Source: an uncultured virus (IMG/VR IMGVR_UViG_3300021963_000098) | Lineage: Duplodnaviria; Heunggongvirae; Uroviricota; Caudoviricetes | IMG/VR virus record: IMGVR_UViG_3300021963_000098 | Reading direction: 5' to 3' (one strand) | Length of the DNA stretch: 64,000 bases | Shown here: piece by piece, positions 1 to 8,552 of the stretch | Position numbering within the stretch: position 1 is the stretch's first letter | How the letters are laid out: every line of letters begins with the position of its first letter | The notes under the pieces: generated by a model | Databases searched by the model: none | What the model saw: only the letters and a program-made list of their open reading frames with translations | What the model was told of the DNA's origin: nothing | Program-made: the position numbers and the translations under genes

Positions 1-24
1 AAGTTCATCAGTAGCCTGAAATAA
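1..24 (+). CDS. 3' end of upstream gene (possibly prohead protease, by synteny)
   Basis: Reads KFISSLK-stop directly before the AGGAG RBS of the scaffold gene; identity inferred only from T4-like gene order. Confidence 0.3.
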   Translation, partial: KFISSLK

Positions 25-36
25 GGAGACTAAGAG

Positions 37-1140
37 ATGGCAAACTTTACAGAACTTTTCGGATCCGAGGTACTCTCAGAGGAAGTAACATCCAAGCTAG
101 CAGAAGCCTGGGATGCAAAAGTCAAGGAAAATAAGACTGAAGCATTAGCAGAACTCCGTGAGGAATTCTCCCAGCGTTACGAGCATGACAAATCAGTCAT
201 GGTCGAAGCATTGGACCTTTTCATCAGCGAAAACTTGCAGAAAGAGCTCGGTGAGCTCAAGCAAGATCGCGATGCAATGGTACAAGCTCGTATCGAATAC
301 AAAAAGAAAGTAGCTGAGCATGCTGAGCTACTAAACCGCTTTGTAAACGAAACAATGGCTAAGGAAATCAACGAACTGAGAGAAGACCGCGAAGCGAACA
401 AGACCAGCATCAAGAAGTTGGAAGAGTTCACACTTCACAAGTTAACCAAGGAACTGAATGAATTGCGTGAAGAAGAGCAAAAGCTCATCAACACCAGAGT
501 TCAATTGATTTCAGAAGGCAAGCAGGCAATCAAGGAAGCCAAGCAGAAATTCGTTTCTCAGGCAGCCGAAAAAGCCAATGCCTTTATTGGCGAAGCACTA
601 CGTGCAGAAATTGGCCAATTGAAGCAAGACATTACCGAAGCTCGCAAGAATGCTTTCGGTCGTAAGATCATGGAAGCATACGCCGCTGAGTTTATGGCAT
701 CGCACTTTGCAGATGCTACTGAGCTCAAGAAGCTGAGTGACAAGATCATTGCTCTCGAAGGAACTGTTGCTGAAAAGGAACAGATCGTTGAAAGCAAGCA
801 ACAAGCAATAGCCGACGCTGAACGCAAAGCTCGTATCGCAGAAGATACGTTGAAGCGCGATCGCGTTATGCAAGAATTGATGGCGCCTTTGTCGAAAGAC
901 AAGCGTGGTATCATGGAAGACCTACTAGGCACAGTTTCTACTGAAAAGCTTCGTGAGTCATACCAGAAATATCTTCCGTCAGTTCTGAACGAGAGTGGCC
1001 GCAGTCCCGGTAAAAAGCCGCTTATCGAAAGTCGCCAAGAGCAGAACACTAGTGCTGCCACAGGTGATAAGACTTCTGAATCTGCCATTGATGATGGTTC
1101 GATAATCAGTCTTAAGAAACTTGCCGGAATCGCAAAGTAA
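37..1140 (+). CDS. Prohead core scaffolding protein (T4 gp22-like)
   Basis: 367-aa E/K-rich coiled coil with AGGAG RBS, immediately upstream of the major capsid gene. Confidence 0.8.
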   Translation: MANFTELFGSEVLSEEVTSKLAEAWDAKVKENKTEALAELREEFSQRYEHDKSVMVEALDLFISENLQKELGELKQDRDAMVQARIEYKKKVAEHAELLNRFVNETMAKEINELREDREANKTSIKKLEEFTLHKLTKELNELREEEQKLINTRVQLISEGKQAIKEAKQKFVSQAAEKANAFIGEALRAEIGQLKQDITEARKNAFGRKIMEAYAAEFMASHFADATELKKLSDKIIALEGTVAEKEQIVESKQQAIADAERKARIAEDTLKRDRVMQELMAPLSKDKRGIMEDLLGTVSTEKLRESYQKYLPSVLNESGRSPGKKPLIESRQEQNTSAATGDKTSESAIDDGSIISLKKLAGIAK

Positions 1141-1156
1141 TAACAGGAGAATTACA

Positions 1157-2335
1157 ATGTCCGATAAACTTTTCGAGTCCCGTAACTGGTCAGCCGCTAA
1201 AGAGGCTCTCGTTGAAGGACTCTCAGGTAACCGTAAGACAGTTATGGAGACCGTATTAGAAAATACACGTAAGTATATGACTGAAAGTGCAGCCACTTCA
1301 ACCACAGCCGGCAACGTAGCTGTGTTGAACAAGGTTATTCTTCCAGTAATCCGTCGTGTTATGCCAACAGTGATCGCTAACGAAATTCTTGGCGTTCAAC
1401 CAATGACTGGTCCAGTAGGCCAGATCCACACAATGCGTGTTCGCTATGCAGAATCAGCCGCTGGCCGTACTGCTGGTGACGAAGCACTTGGTCCATTCGA
1501 CATTGCTAAGGCTTACTCAGGTAACTTGTCAACAAGCACACCTGCCGCTGCCGCTACTAGCACACTTGAAGGTGACGGTGGTAAGAAGCTAAACATCCAG
1601 ATCTTGAAGCAAACTGTTGAAGCCAAGTCACGCAAGCTACAAGCTCGCTGGACTTTTGAGGCTGCGCAGGATGCACAAAGCATGCACGGTCTAGACGTTG
1701 AAGCAGAAATCATGGCTGCTTTGGCACAAGAAATCACAGCTGAAATTGACCAAGAGTTGCTAGGCAGCTTGCGTTCATTGGCTGGTACAAGCGACACATT
1801 TGACATGACTCCAACTACAGGTACTGCCTTTACTGGTACTCCTAACTACGTTGGTGATCGCCATGCAGTATTGGCAATCATGATCAACCGTGCTGCCAAC
1901 CAGATCGCTCAGCGCACACGTCGTGGCGCAGGTAACTGGATTGTTGTAAGCCCAACAGCTTTGACAGTTCTTCAGTCTGCTACTACTTCTGCTTTTGCTC
2001 GTACCACAGAAGGTACATTTGAAGCTCCTACAAACACCAAGTTTGTTGGTACTTTGAACAACTCAGTACGTGTTTATGTTGATAGCTATGCTACTGACAC
2101 AACACCAGTATTGGTTGGTTACAAGGGACCAAATGAAATGGATGCCGCAAGTTTCTATTGCCCATACATTCCATTGATGAGCTCAGGTGTTGTGCTTGAT
2201 CCAAACACATTCGAACCAACTGTCAGCTTCATGACACGTTACGGATATGTGGAATTGACCAACACTTCATCAAGCTTCGGTAACGCCGCTGACTATCTGA
2301 ACAAGATTGCAGTTGCTGGATTGGTTTTCGCTTAA
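1157..2335 (+). CDS. gp23: Major capsid protein (T4 gp23 family)
   Basis: Motifs GVQPMTGPVGQI, KSRKLQARWTFEAAQD, EIMAALAQEITAEIDQE, FYCPYIPL, FMTRYG; start moved to ATG 1157 behind AGGAG. Confidence 0.96.
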   Translation: MSDKLFESRNWSAAKEALVEGLSGNRKTVMETVLENTRKYMTESAATSTTAGNVAVLNKVILPVIRRVMPTVIANEILGVQPMTGPVGQIHTMRVRYAESAAGRTAGDEALGPFDIAKAYSGNLSTSTPAAAATSTLEGDGGKKLNIQILKQTVEAKSRKLQARWTFEAAQDAQSMHGLDVEAEIMAALAQEITAEIDQELLGSLRSLAGTSDTFDMTPTTGTAFTGTPNYVGDRHAVLAIMINRAANQIAQRTRRGAGNWIVVSPTALTVLQSATTSAFARTTEGTFEAPTNTKFVGTLNNSVRVYVDSYATDTTPVLVGYKGPNEMDAASFYCPYIPLMSSGVVLDPNTFEPTVSFMTRYGYVELTNTSSSFGNAADYLNKIAVAGLVFA

Positions 2336-2358
2336 TCCAAGTTGCCTTAAAGCAATGC

Positions 2359-2390
2359 AAATACCGGGTAGAAATACCCGGTATTTTTTT
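2359..2390 (+). terminator. Rho-independent terminator after the capsid gene
   Basis: AAATACCGGGTA-GAAA-TACCCGGTATTT followed by a T-run. Confidence 0.9.
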
Positions 2391-2404
2391 GTCCTCTCAA
2401 ACGG

Positions 2405-2410
2405 TAAATA
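2405..2410 (+). promoter_or_regulatory. T4-like late promoter core TAAATA (first of many copies)
   Basis: TAAATA recurs just upstream of structural genes: 2405, 2918, 7867, 8519, 13754, 15215, 19338, 21549, 28902, 39847, 41300, 41330, 43808, 46684, 50079, 51310, 63576 (+) and 37327, 63567 (-); resembles T4 gp55 consensus TATAAATA. Confidence 0.8.
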
Positions 2411-2429
2411 CTTCTGGAGACCTCTTATC

Positions 2430-2912
2430 ATGACAACAAAAATCAGACCCGACGACAGGCTAATAATTGACAGCACCAACGGTGTTCAATTGCCTAGAGG
2501 AACAGATGCACAACGACCAGCAAATGCGTTACCTGGAACCATAAGATTCAATATCACACAGGGTGAGCTTGAAGTTAGAAAAGGCAACACTGATTGGTTT
2601 ACACTGCTACGTGGCACAGGCGTTGAGTCTATTTCTGCTGGTACCTTAAACAACCGACCTGTTGCCGGAAATACTGGAAGAATCTGGATAGACACTACAG
2701 AAAACAAAATTTATTATGATACCGGAGTTGAATGGGTGTCAGTTGGTTCAGCCGGAACACTGGATCCCATCGCAATATTGTCGTCGGGTAATCTGGGTTC
2801 TATAACAAACACAGGAACAGTGGATGCATTTGGCGCACAGATTGAATTATCAAACTTGGATCTTGGCGAAAGTGGCGCTCTTACCAATGTTGACCTAGGA
2901 ACTGTTGCTTAA
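2430..2912 (+). CDS. Virion structural protein
   Basis: LPRGTDAQRP...GTIRFN motif typical of T4-like fibre/baseplate accessory proteins; GGAGA RBS and late promoter. Confidence 0.65.
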   Translation: MTTKIRPDDRLIIDSTNGVQLPRGTDAQRPANALPGTIRFNITQGELEVRKGNTDWFTLLRGTGVESISAGTLNNRPVAGNTGRIWIDTTENKIYYDTGVEWVSVGSAGTLDPIAILSSGNLGSITNTGTVDAFGAQIELSNLDLGESGALTNVDLGTVA

Positions 2913-2983
2913 AATGGTAAATACTACAAAGACAAACACCTATACTTTGTCAAAGACATAATTTAGTCTAGGAGAGAATTATT

Positions 2984-4687
2984 ATGGCAAACACAATTAA
3001 CCAGGGACAGGTTGGCCGAATACCTTACTATGCGGCAGCTGGCACAGATCTAAGCCCAATGCCAGCACCACTGTTTTATGACAACGCAAACAAAGTGGTC
3101 ACTCTGCCCGGACTGATTATCACCAAGAGCACATATTCTGGTGGATATGGTTATTCTGGACTGAGCTTTCAGCAATTCCATGCCGGTGCTCCGGCTGATT
3201 CTTTTAATTTTGTAAGAGGTCGAGGCACCTCGGCAGCTAAAGCATTGCCGCAGAATGGAGATCAACTGGCAAATATCGCAGCCACAGGATGGGGCGGAAC
3301 AACACCTGTAATAGGTGCAACACTCAAGGCTGTGGTCAATGGAACACCGACATCAACTGTTATGCCAACTGAATGGGTGTTTGGCACACACAACGGAACA
3401 AGCCTAGCTGATCGTGTCAAGATAACAAAAACTGGACAATTAAATGTCAACTCTATATCAAACTTTTCAGGTACAGATTTAACCATCTCTCCTGCAGGAA
3501 AAGTGGTATTGGGTTTACCAAGCAAGGTCAGAATAACCGGCGGCACAGCCGGACAGGCACTGATCACTGATGGTGCTGGAAACCTGTCTTGGAGCACGAT
3601 AGCTGGCACAGCAGGTGTTGGATTTGCACTCACTTCAGCATCTTCTGTGGCTGTTGGAACAGGCACAAAAACATTCACTACCAATCTTTCAGCAACCAGC
3701 TCAGCATTTGTTGCAGGCAGTAGAATCCGAGTGATATCTACAGCAACACCTACCACGTACATGGAAGGAACAATTACCACATTTACATCTACCACGCTGA
3801 CAGTATCTGTGGATGCTACCAGTGGAACAGGCACACTGAATTCGTGGAAAATAACCATTGCAGGTAACATTGGTGCAACCGGAGCAACAGGAACAGGACG
3901 TGGTTACTTTGGACTAACATCAACTACTTCTCTTGCGATTGATACAGGAACAAAAATATTCACAGTCAATCAAGCACAAGGAACTAATGCTTTTGCGGTA
4001 GGTCAGTATGTTCGTGCTTTTGGCGCAACGCCAACCAATTTCATGGAAGGCTATATTACAGCCTATACAACCACATCTCTCACACTCAATGTAACATTGA
4101 TTGGCGGTACTGGTACGCTTGCCAGCTGGACAATTACCGCTAGTGGAGCACAAGGTGCTGCCGGTACCGACGGAACAAATGGTACCAACGGAACAAATGG
4201 TACCAACGGAGTTGATGGTAAGACTGTGCTTAACGGAACAGTTGACCCAACAAGCGAAGGAGTTAACGGAGACTTCTATATCAATACTGCCACAAGTACA
4301 TTATTTGGTCCCAAGGCCAGCGGAACATGGCCAGCAGGAGTCAGCTTGATTGGCCCTGAAGGTTCTGCAGGTGTAGTAAGAACATCATGGAACATCACTG
4401 CTGACGGAAACACTGCTTATGTGTTCAGTGGACCTGGAATTAACACTGGTAACACCAACGATCCTATATTGACTCTTTACAAAGGATTTACATACGTGTT
4501 TGTTAACCAAGCCGCATCTCATCCTTTTGAGATTAGAGTAGCTATAGATGGTGTTGCATATACCGACGGCGTAACAGGAAGCCAGACCGGCACACAAACA
4601 TTCGTAGTTCCAATGAACGCACCTAGCACACTATACTATCAGTGCACAAGTCATGCCGCAATGGGAAATACTATTAACATAGTCTAA
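2984..4687 (+). CDS. Tail fibre-like protein with short collagen stretch and C-terminal cupredoxin-like domain
   Basis: G/T-rich beta repeats, GxxGxx run, C-terminal HPF...YYQCTSHAAMG. Confidence 0.7.
   Translation: MANTINQGQVGRIPYYAAAGTDLSPMPAPLFYDNANKVVTLPGLIITKSTYSGGYGYSGLSFQQFHAGAPADSFNFVRGRGTSAAKALPQNGDQLANIAATGWGGTTPVIGATLKAVVNGTPTSTVMPTEWVFGTHNGTSLADRVKITKTGQLNVNSISNFSGTDLTISPAGKVVLGLPSKVRITGGTAGQALITDGAGNLSWSTIAGTAGVGFALTSASSVAVGTGTKTFTTNLSATSSAFVAGSRIRVISTATPTTYMEGTITTFTSTTLTVSVDATSGTGTLNSWKITIAGNIGATGATGTGRGYFGLTSTTSLAIDTGTKIFTVNQAQGTNAFAVGQYVRAFGATPTNFMEGYITAYTTTSLTLNVTLIGGTGTLASWTITASGAQGAAGTDGTNGTNGTNGTNGVDGKTVLNGTVDPTSEGVNGDFYINTATSTLFGPKASGTWPAGVSLIGPEGSAGVVRTSWNITADGNTAYVFSGPGINTGNTNDPILTLYKGFTYVFVNQAASHPFEIRVAIDGVAYTDGVTGSQTGTQTFVVPMNAPSTLYYQCTSHAAMGNTINIV
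4163..4210 (+). repeat. 18-bp tandem repeat (~2.7 copies) encoding GTNGTN collagen-like triplets
   Basis: GGTACC(G/A)ACGGAACAAAT repeated. Confidence 0.85.
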
Positions 4688-4703
4688 AACAGGAAAACAA
4701 ATC

Positions 4704-6071
4704 ATGCCCACACAACTTCAATTACGAGGAGGCACTACAACACAAAATGCCTCATTTACTGGCCTTGCAAGAGAGGTCACAGTAGATACTACCAAGCATA
4801 CTTTGATTGTGCACGACGGCTCTACTTCTGGTGGACATGAACTGGCTCTTGCTGATCTAAGCAATGTTTCAGGTTCAGTAGGAGCAACATATGGCATTAG
4901 TGCTGAAACTGCCACAGGCGGTGTTAACTTAAGATTAACTGGATCCAACTCAACCACAGATGATGTCAAGTTGGCTGCTGGATCTAATGTTACGCTGACC
5001 AGAACAGATGCCAACACAATTACTATTGCATCCACTGGCGGTGGTGCAACATATGGAATCAGCGCAGAAACAACAACTGGTGGTGTGAATCTTAGACTAA
5101 CCGGTTCTAATTCCACCACAGATGATGTCAAGTTGGCTGCTGGGTCTAATGTCACACTGACCAGAACAGATGCCAACACAATTACCATTGCAGCCGCAGG
5201 TGGCGGAGCAGGATCTGGCACAGTGAACACAGGTGCCGCAAACAAGTTGGCCTATTATCCTTCAGCAGGAACCACAGTTGATGATATTTCAAGCATTGAG
5301 TGGAACAGCGGAACAACAACATTAACAGTAACCGGAACCGTGGCCGCTGACAATTTTGTGGCTGGCGGTGCAGGCACACCTAACTTTACATCAGATACAG
5401 ATCTTGAAATCATAACAAACGCTTCGGCCACAGACAAAACATTTACTTTTACACTGGCAGGTGATTTAGAATTTGCACAGGACGGCGGCCTGTTGTTCCA
5501 GGGTGCTGGTGCAAGTCAGATCACTGCACTTGGTTCATTGGAAATTGGAGCAGGCGCCGCGGGTATTGAGTTGATATCTGTTGGTGGTGCAGTGACCTTG
5601 AGTCCAACCACACAAGTCACAGTTGATGGCAACATGGTTATCAACGACGGATATCACCTGAAATTTGGTACTACATTACCTCAGTTTCGTGTTGGTTTTG
5701 TACCAATTTCAGCATTGGGTGCTGTTGGAGACAAACAAGGTGATATTGCACTAGATGCAACGTCAATTTATTATTGCAAAACAGATTACACCGGGCCGCC
5801 CACCACATACACTTCAACTATTGCTACTTCGTATACCGGAACAATACCTTCGATCGTCAAAGGCTCTGTAGCACAGCCACTAACAGGTTGGGAATTTATA
5901 CACGAGGGCATGACCTATACCCTGCAATCCGACGCAGCAGAAAACGTGCCAGGCGAGTGGGCATGTCAACTGACAACTTCAATTACCGTGATATCAGGCC
6001 AGCCGGTAACAGTTAGACCACCTCCATATATCTGGGTAAAGAGTGCCTGGGCTTCAACCGGTGCTTGGTAA
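4704..6071 (+). CDS. Tail fibre-like protein with Mtd_N-like N-terminus
   Basis: N-term QLQLRGGTT...FTG..REVTVDT....IVHDG...GG resembles major tropism determinant N-terminal domain; internal 54-aa duplication. Confidence 0.65.
   Translation: MPTQLQLRGGTTTQNASFTGLAREVTVDTTKHTLIVHDGSTSGGHELALADLSNVSGSVGATYGISAETATGGVNLRLTGSNSTTDDVKLAAGSNVTLTRTDANTITIASTGGGATYGISAETTTGGVNLRLTGSNSTTDDVKLAAGSNVTLTRTDANTITIAAAGGGAGSGTVNTGAANKLAYYPSAGTTVDDISSIEWNSGTTTLTVTGTVAADNFVAGGAGTPNFTSDTDLEIITNASATDKTFTFTLAGDLEFAQDGGLLFQGAGASQITALGSLEIGAGAAGIELISVGGAVTLSPTTQVTVDGNMVINDGYHLKFGTTLPQFRVGFVPISALGAVGDKQGDIALDATSIYYCKTDYTGPPTTYTSTIATSYTGTIPSIVKGSVAQPLTGWEFIHEGMTYTLQSDAAENVPGEWACQLTTSITVISGQPVTVRPPPYIWVKSAWASTGAW
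4881..5192 (+). repeat. Intragenic tandem duplication, 162-bp period
   Basis: GATYGISAET.TGGVNLRLTGSNSTTDDVKLAAGSNVTLTRTDANTITIA twice (4881-5030, 5043-5192), near-identical DNA. Confidence 0.9.
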
Positions 6072-6072
6072 C

Positions 6073-7623
6073 ATGTCAACAGAACGCGAATACATTGTTA
6101 CACTGCACAATGCAGGAGATGCAACGGATTTTATTGAACAGATGACCGGATCATCATCTGTTGGTGAAATTCCAGCTAGATCAGTGACTGTGGTCAATGA
6201 AAGACCTTTTAGCAGTCGCAATACTCATTATGCGTTAACTGATGCTGAAGCAGAACAGCTACGTAATGATCCTCGCGTGTTGGCTGTGGAAATGTTGCCA
6301 GAAGAAAGAGGATTTGAAAAAATACTATTTGGCAAGAGCGGTTCACAAAATTTCCATAGAGATCAAGTAACAATCAACAACACCATGCGCAACTGGGGTC
6401 TGTACAGACACACCAAACTAAGTGGCGGGTATTCGGGAACACAAGTAACAGCAGACTACACATATTCTCAAGATGGATCTGGTGTTGATCTGTTAGTGGT
6501 TGACAGCGGCATTATTGAAGGACATCCTGAATGGAGTTCAACATACGATGGCACTGGTCCCACCCGACTGATTGATTTCAACTGGGCCAGTCTAGGAGTA
6601 CCAGGCACACCCAGCAGTGGATCAATTGGCGGATACCTTGGCGACAGTGATGGCCACGGATCTAACTGCGCCAGTCTTGCGGCAGGCAGTCAAAATGGAT
6701 TTGCCAAAGGTGCAAACATATATTCTTTGAGAATTTTTAGTGGTTCAACCAATGGTGGTCCATTCCTTGGTGAGATTGACAACAGTATTGTATATGATAT
6801 TGTAAAAGCATTCCATTTGGCAAAGATTGCCGCAGGAAACACAAGACCAACAGTGTGCACAAACAGCTGGGGCTACAGGTCTACATATCCTTTCAGCACA
6901 ATGACCACACGCTGGAGAGGCACCGATTACACACACGGTGGAAGAAATACAACTTACGGACAGGTCAATACCTATCACGGTGTTCGTATTCCTTCACTGG
7001 ATGCCGACGTGTCAGATACCATCGATGCAGGAGTAATCATGCTGGGTGCCGCAGGCAATTACTATCACAAAATTGATGTACCAGGCGGACTAGATTGGGA
7101 CAATTATTACAGTACCAGCACATATTACCACAGAGGATCAAGTCCCACTGGTCCTATTGCAGGTGGCAGTAGCATGATCTGTGTTGGGGCATTGGACAAC
7201 ACAGATGTGGAACAGAAAATTGGATTTTCTGAGACAGGCCCTGGGGTGGACATTTATTCAGCAGGGGTAATGACCATGGCAGCCTATTCCAACAATGCCT
7301 ACTATACTCCTGCGGTACAAGACTCGCGTGGCAGCGGATACTATCTCAACAAGCTGAGTGGAACTTCCATGGCCACGCCAAATGTGGCCGGTGTGGCATG
7401 TCTCATGGCAGGCATGAGACCAAACTACAGTCATCAGCAAATCAAAGATTGGTTACTGGAATTGTCAGACAAAGAAACCATGACTGAAGGCACAGCAGGT
7501 TATACAAATCAGCGACATCTTCAGGGTGGATTGCAACGAGTACTGAAATGGCCGTACATTCGTGAAAATCCTTTTTCTGCCAGCAACCTGGTTCCAGCAA
7601 ATGGTGCAAAAATAGGCTTGTGA
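6073..7623 (+). CDS. S8 subtilisin-like serine protease with N-terminal prodomain
   Basis: Catalytic triad motifs VVDSG, DGHGSNCA, SGTSMATP; AAGN oxyanion motif. Confidence 0.92.
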   Translation: MSTEREYIVTLHNAGDATDFIEQMTGSSSVGEIPARSVTVVNERPFSSRNTHYALTDAEAEQLRNDPRVLAVEMLPEERGFEKILFGKSGSQNFHRDQVTINNTMRNWGLYRHTKLSGGYSGTQVTADYTYSQDGSGVDLLVVDSGIIEGHPEWSSTYDGTGPTRLIDFNWASLGVPGTPSSGSIGGYLGDSDGHGSNCASLAAGSQNGFAKGANIYSLRIFSGSTNGGPFLGEIDNSIVYDIVKAFHLAKIAAGNTRPTVCTNSWGYRSTYPFSTMTTRWRGTDYTHGGRNTTYGQVNTYHGVRIPSLDADVSDTIDAGVIMLGAAGNYYHKIDVPGGLDWDNYYSTSTYYHRGSSPTGPIAGGSSMICVGALDNTDVEQKIGFSETGPGVDIYSAGVMTMAAYSNNAYYTPAVQDSRGSGYYLNKLSGTSMATPNVAGVACLMAGMRPNYSHQQIKDWLLELSDKETMTEGTAGYTNQRHLQGGLQRVLKWPYIRENPFSASNLVPANGAKIGL

Positions 7624-7646
7624 TATCTTGTGTAGTCTGCTATAAT
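7618..7646 (+). promoter_or_regulatory. Sigma70-type promoter (extended -10)
   Basis: TTGTGA-N17-TATAAT with TGn extension, 6 nt before ATG 7653. Confidence 0.6.
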
Positions 7647-7652
7647 AGTGTC

Positions 7653-7925
7653 ATGGACAAGCAGGAAAGATTTGCTAAATTTTGGAATGTGAAACTGGCT
7701 TCAGAAACAGAAGCCATTCGTCGCACACAGATTTGCAAGTCTTGTGATCGTTACATTTCAATCACAAGCATGTGTAAAGAATGTGGCTGTTACATGCCTT
7801 TCAAAACCAAACTCAAAAACATGTCTTGTCCATTAAACCATTGGGTCTCTGAAGCTGATGAACCGGTAAATACTGGTAGTTCAGGAGACAACAATGGCAA
7901 TCAATCTAGACCATCAACAGAATAA
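7653..7925 (+). CDS. Small Cys-rich putative metal-binding protein (DUF6171-like)
   Basis: CKSC...CKECGC...CP...W pattern. Confidence 0.7.
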   Translation: MDKQERFAKFWNVKLASETEAIRRTQICKSCDRYISITSMCKECGCYMPFKTKLKNMSCPLNHWVSEADEPVNTGSSGDNNGNQSRPSTE

Positions 7926-8166
7926 GATATCTAGCGAAAGCAAGACTATCAAGATAGACCAAACGGGCAGTTTAGTCATGCCTGTTGGTACACAAAGCCA
8001 ACGTCCGTCTGCGCCCGAGCAAGGTGCACAACGATGGAATACCACAACAAATCAGGTGGAATTTTGGAACGGTACAGCCTGGGTTAGTCCTAGCACGATT
8101 GTATCTGGCGAAGTCTACGTCAGCGAAGGTGATGCTATTGCTTATGCAATCGCATTGGGAGGTTGA
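7894..8166 (+). CDS. Small virion protein ending in AIAYAIALGG
   Basis: PVGTQSQRP...G..RWN...EFWNG motif shared with 2430 gene; AGGAG RBS. Confidence 0.7.
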   Translation: MAINLDHQQNKISSESKTIKIDQTGSLVMPVGTQSQRPSAPEQGAQRWNTTTNQVEFWNGTAWVSPSTIVSGEVYVSEGDAIAYAIALGG

Positions 8167-8169
8167 TAA

Positions 8170-8496
8170 ATGCCTAGTCAATTTGTAAACGCAAATGCCG
8201 CGCTGACCACAACAGAAGCCACAGTTTTTACTGCCAATGCCGCAGGATTACGCAGTGCTATTGTGCACGGGCTTTATGTATCAAACACCAGTGATTTAAC
8301 CGGCACAGTTGTCACACTAAAAGTCTATGATTCCAGTGCCGGAACCAGCAGAGAAATTTTACACAAAGTTCCTATTGCACCAAATTCCACGCTGGTACTA
8401 GAAAAACCAATAAATTTAGAACCCAACGACGAGTTGCGAGCGTTCTCATCAAATATCTATTGCAGTGCTTTTGCATCGATATTGTTGATCTCTTGA
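8170..8496 (+). CDS. Small virion structural protein (paralog of 14526)
   Basis: Beta-rich 108 aa, VPIAPNSTLVLEKPINLEPNDEL. Confidence 0.65.
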   Translation: MPSQFVNANAALTTTEATVFTANAAGLRSAIVHGLYVSNTSDLTGTVVTLKVYDSSAGTSREILHKVPIAPNSTLVLEKPINLEPNDELRAFSSNIYCSAFASILLIS

Positions 8497-8552
8497 GGCC
8501 GCTGGTCTCACACCCAGATAAATATCTGGATAAAAGTATAGGCGGGCTCTAA

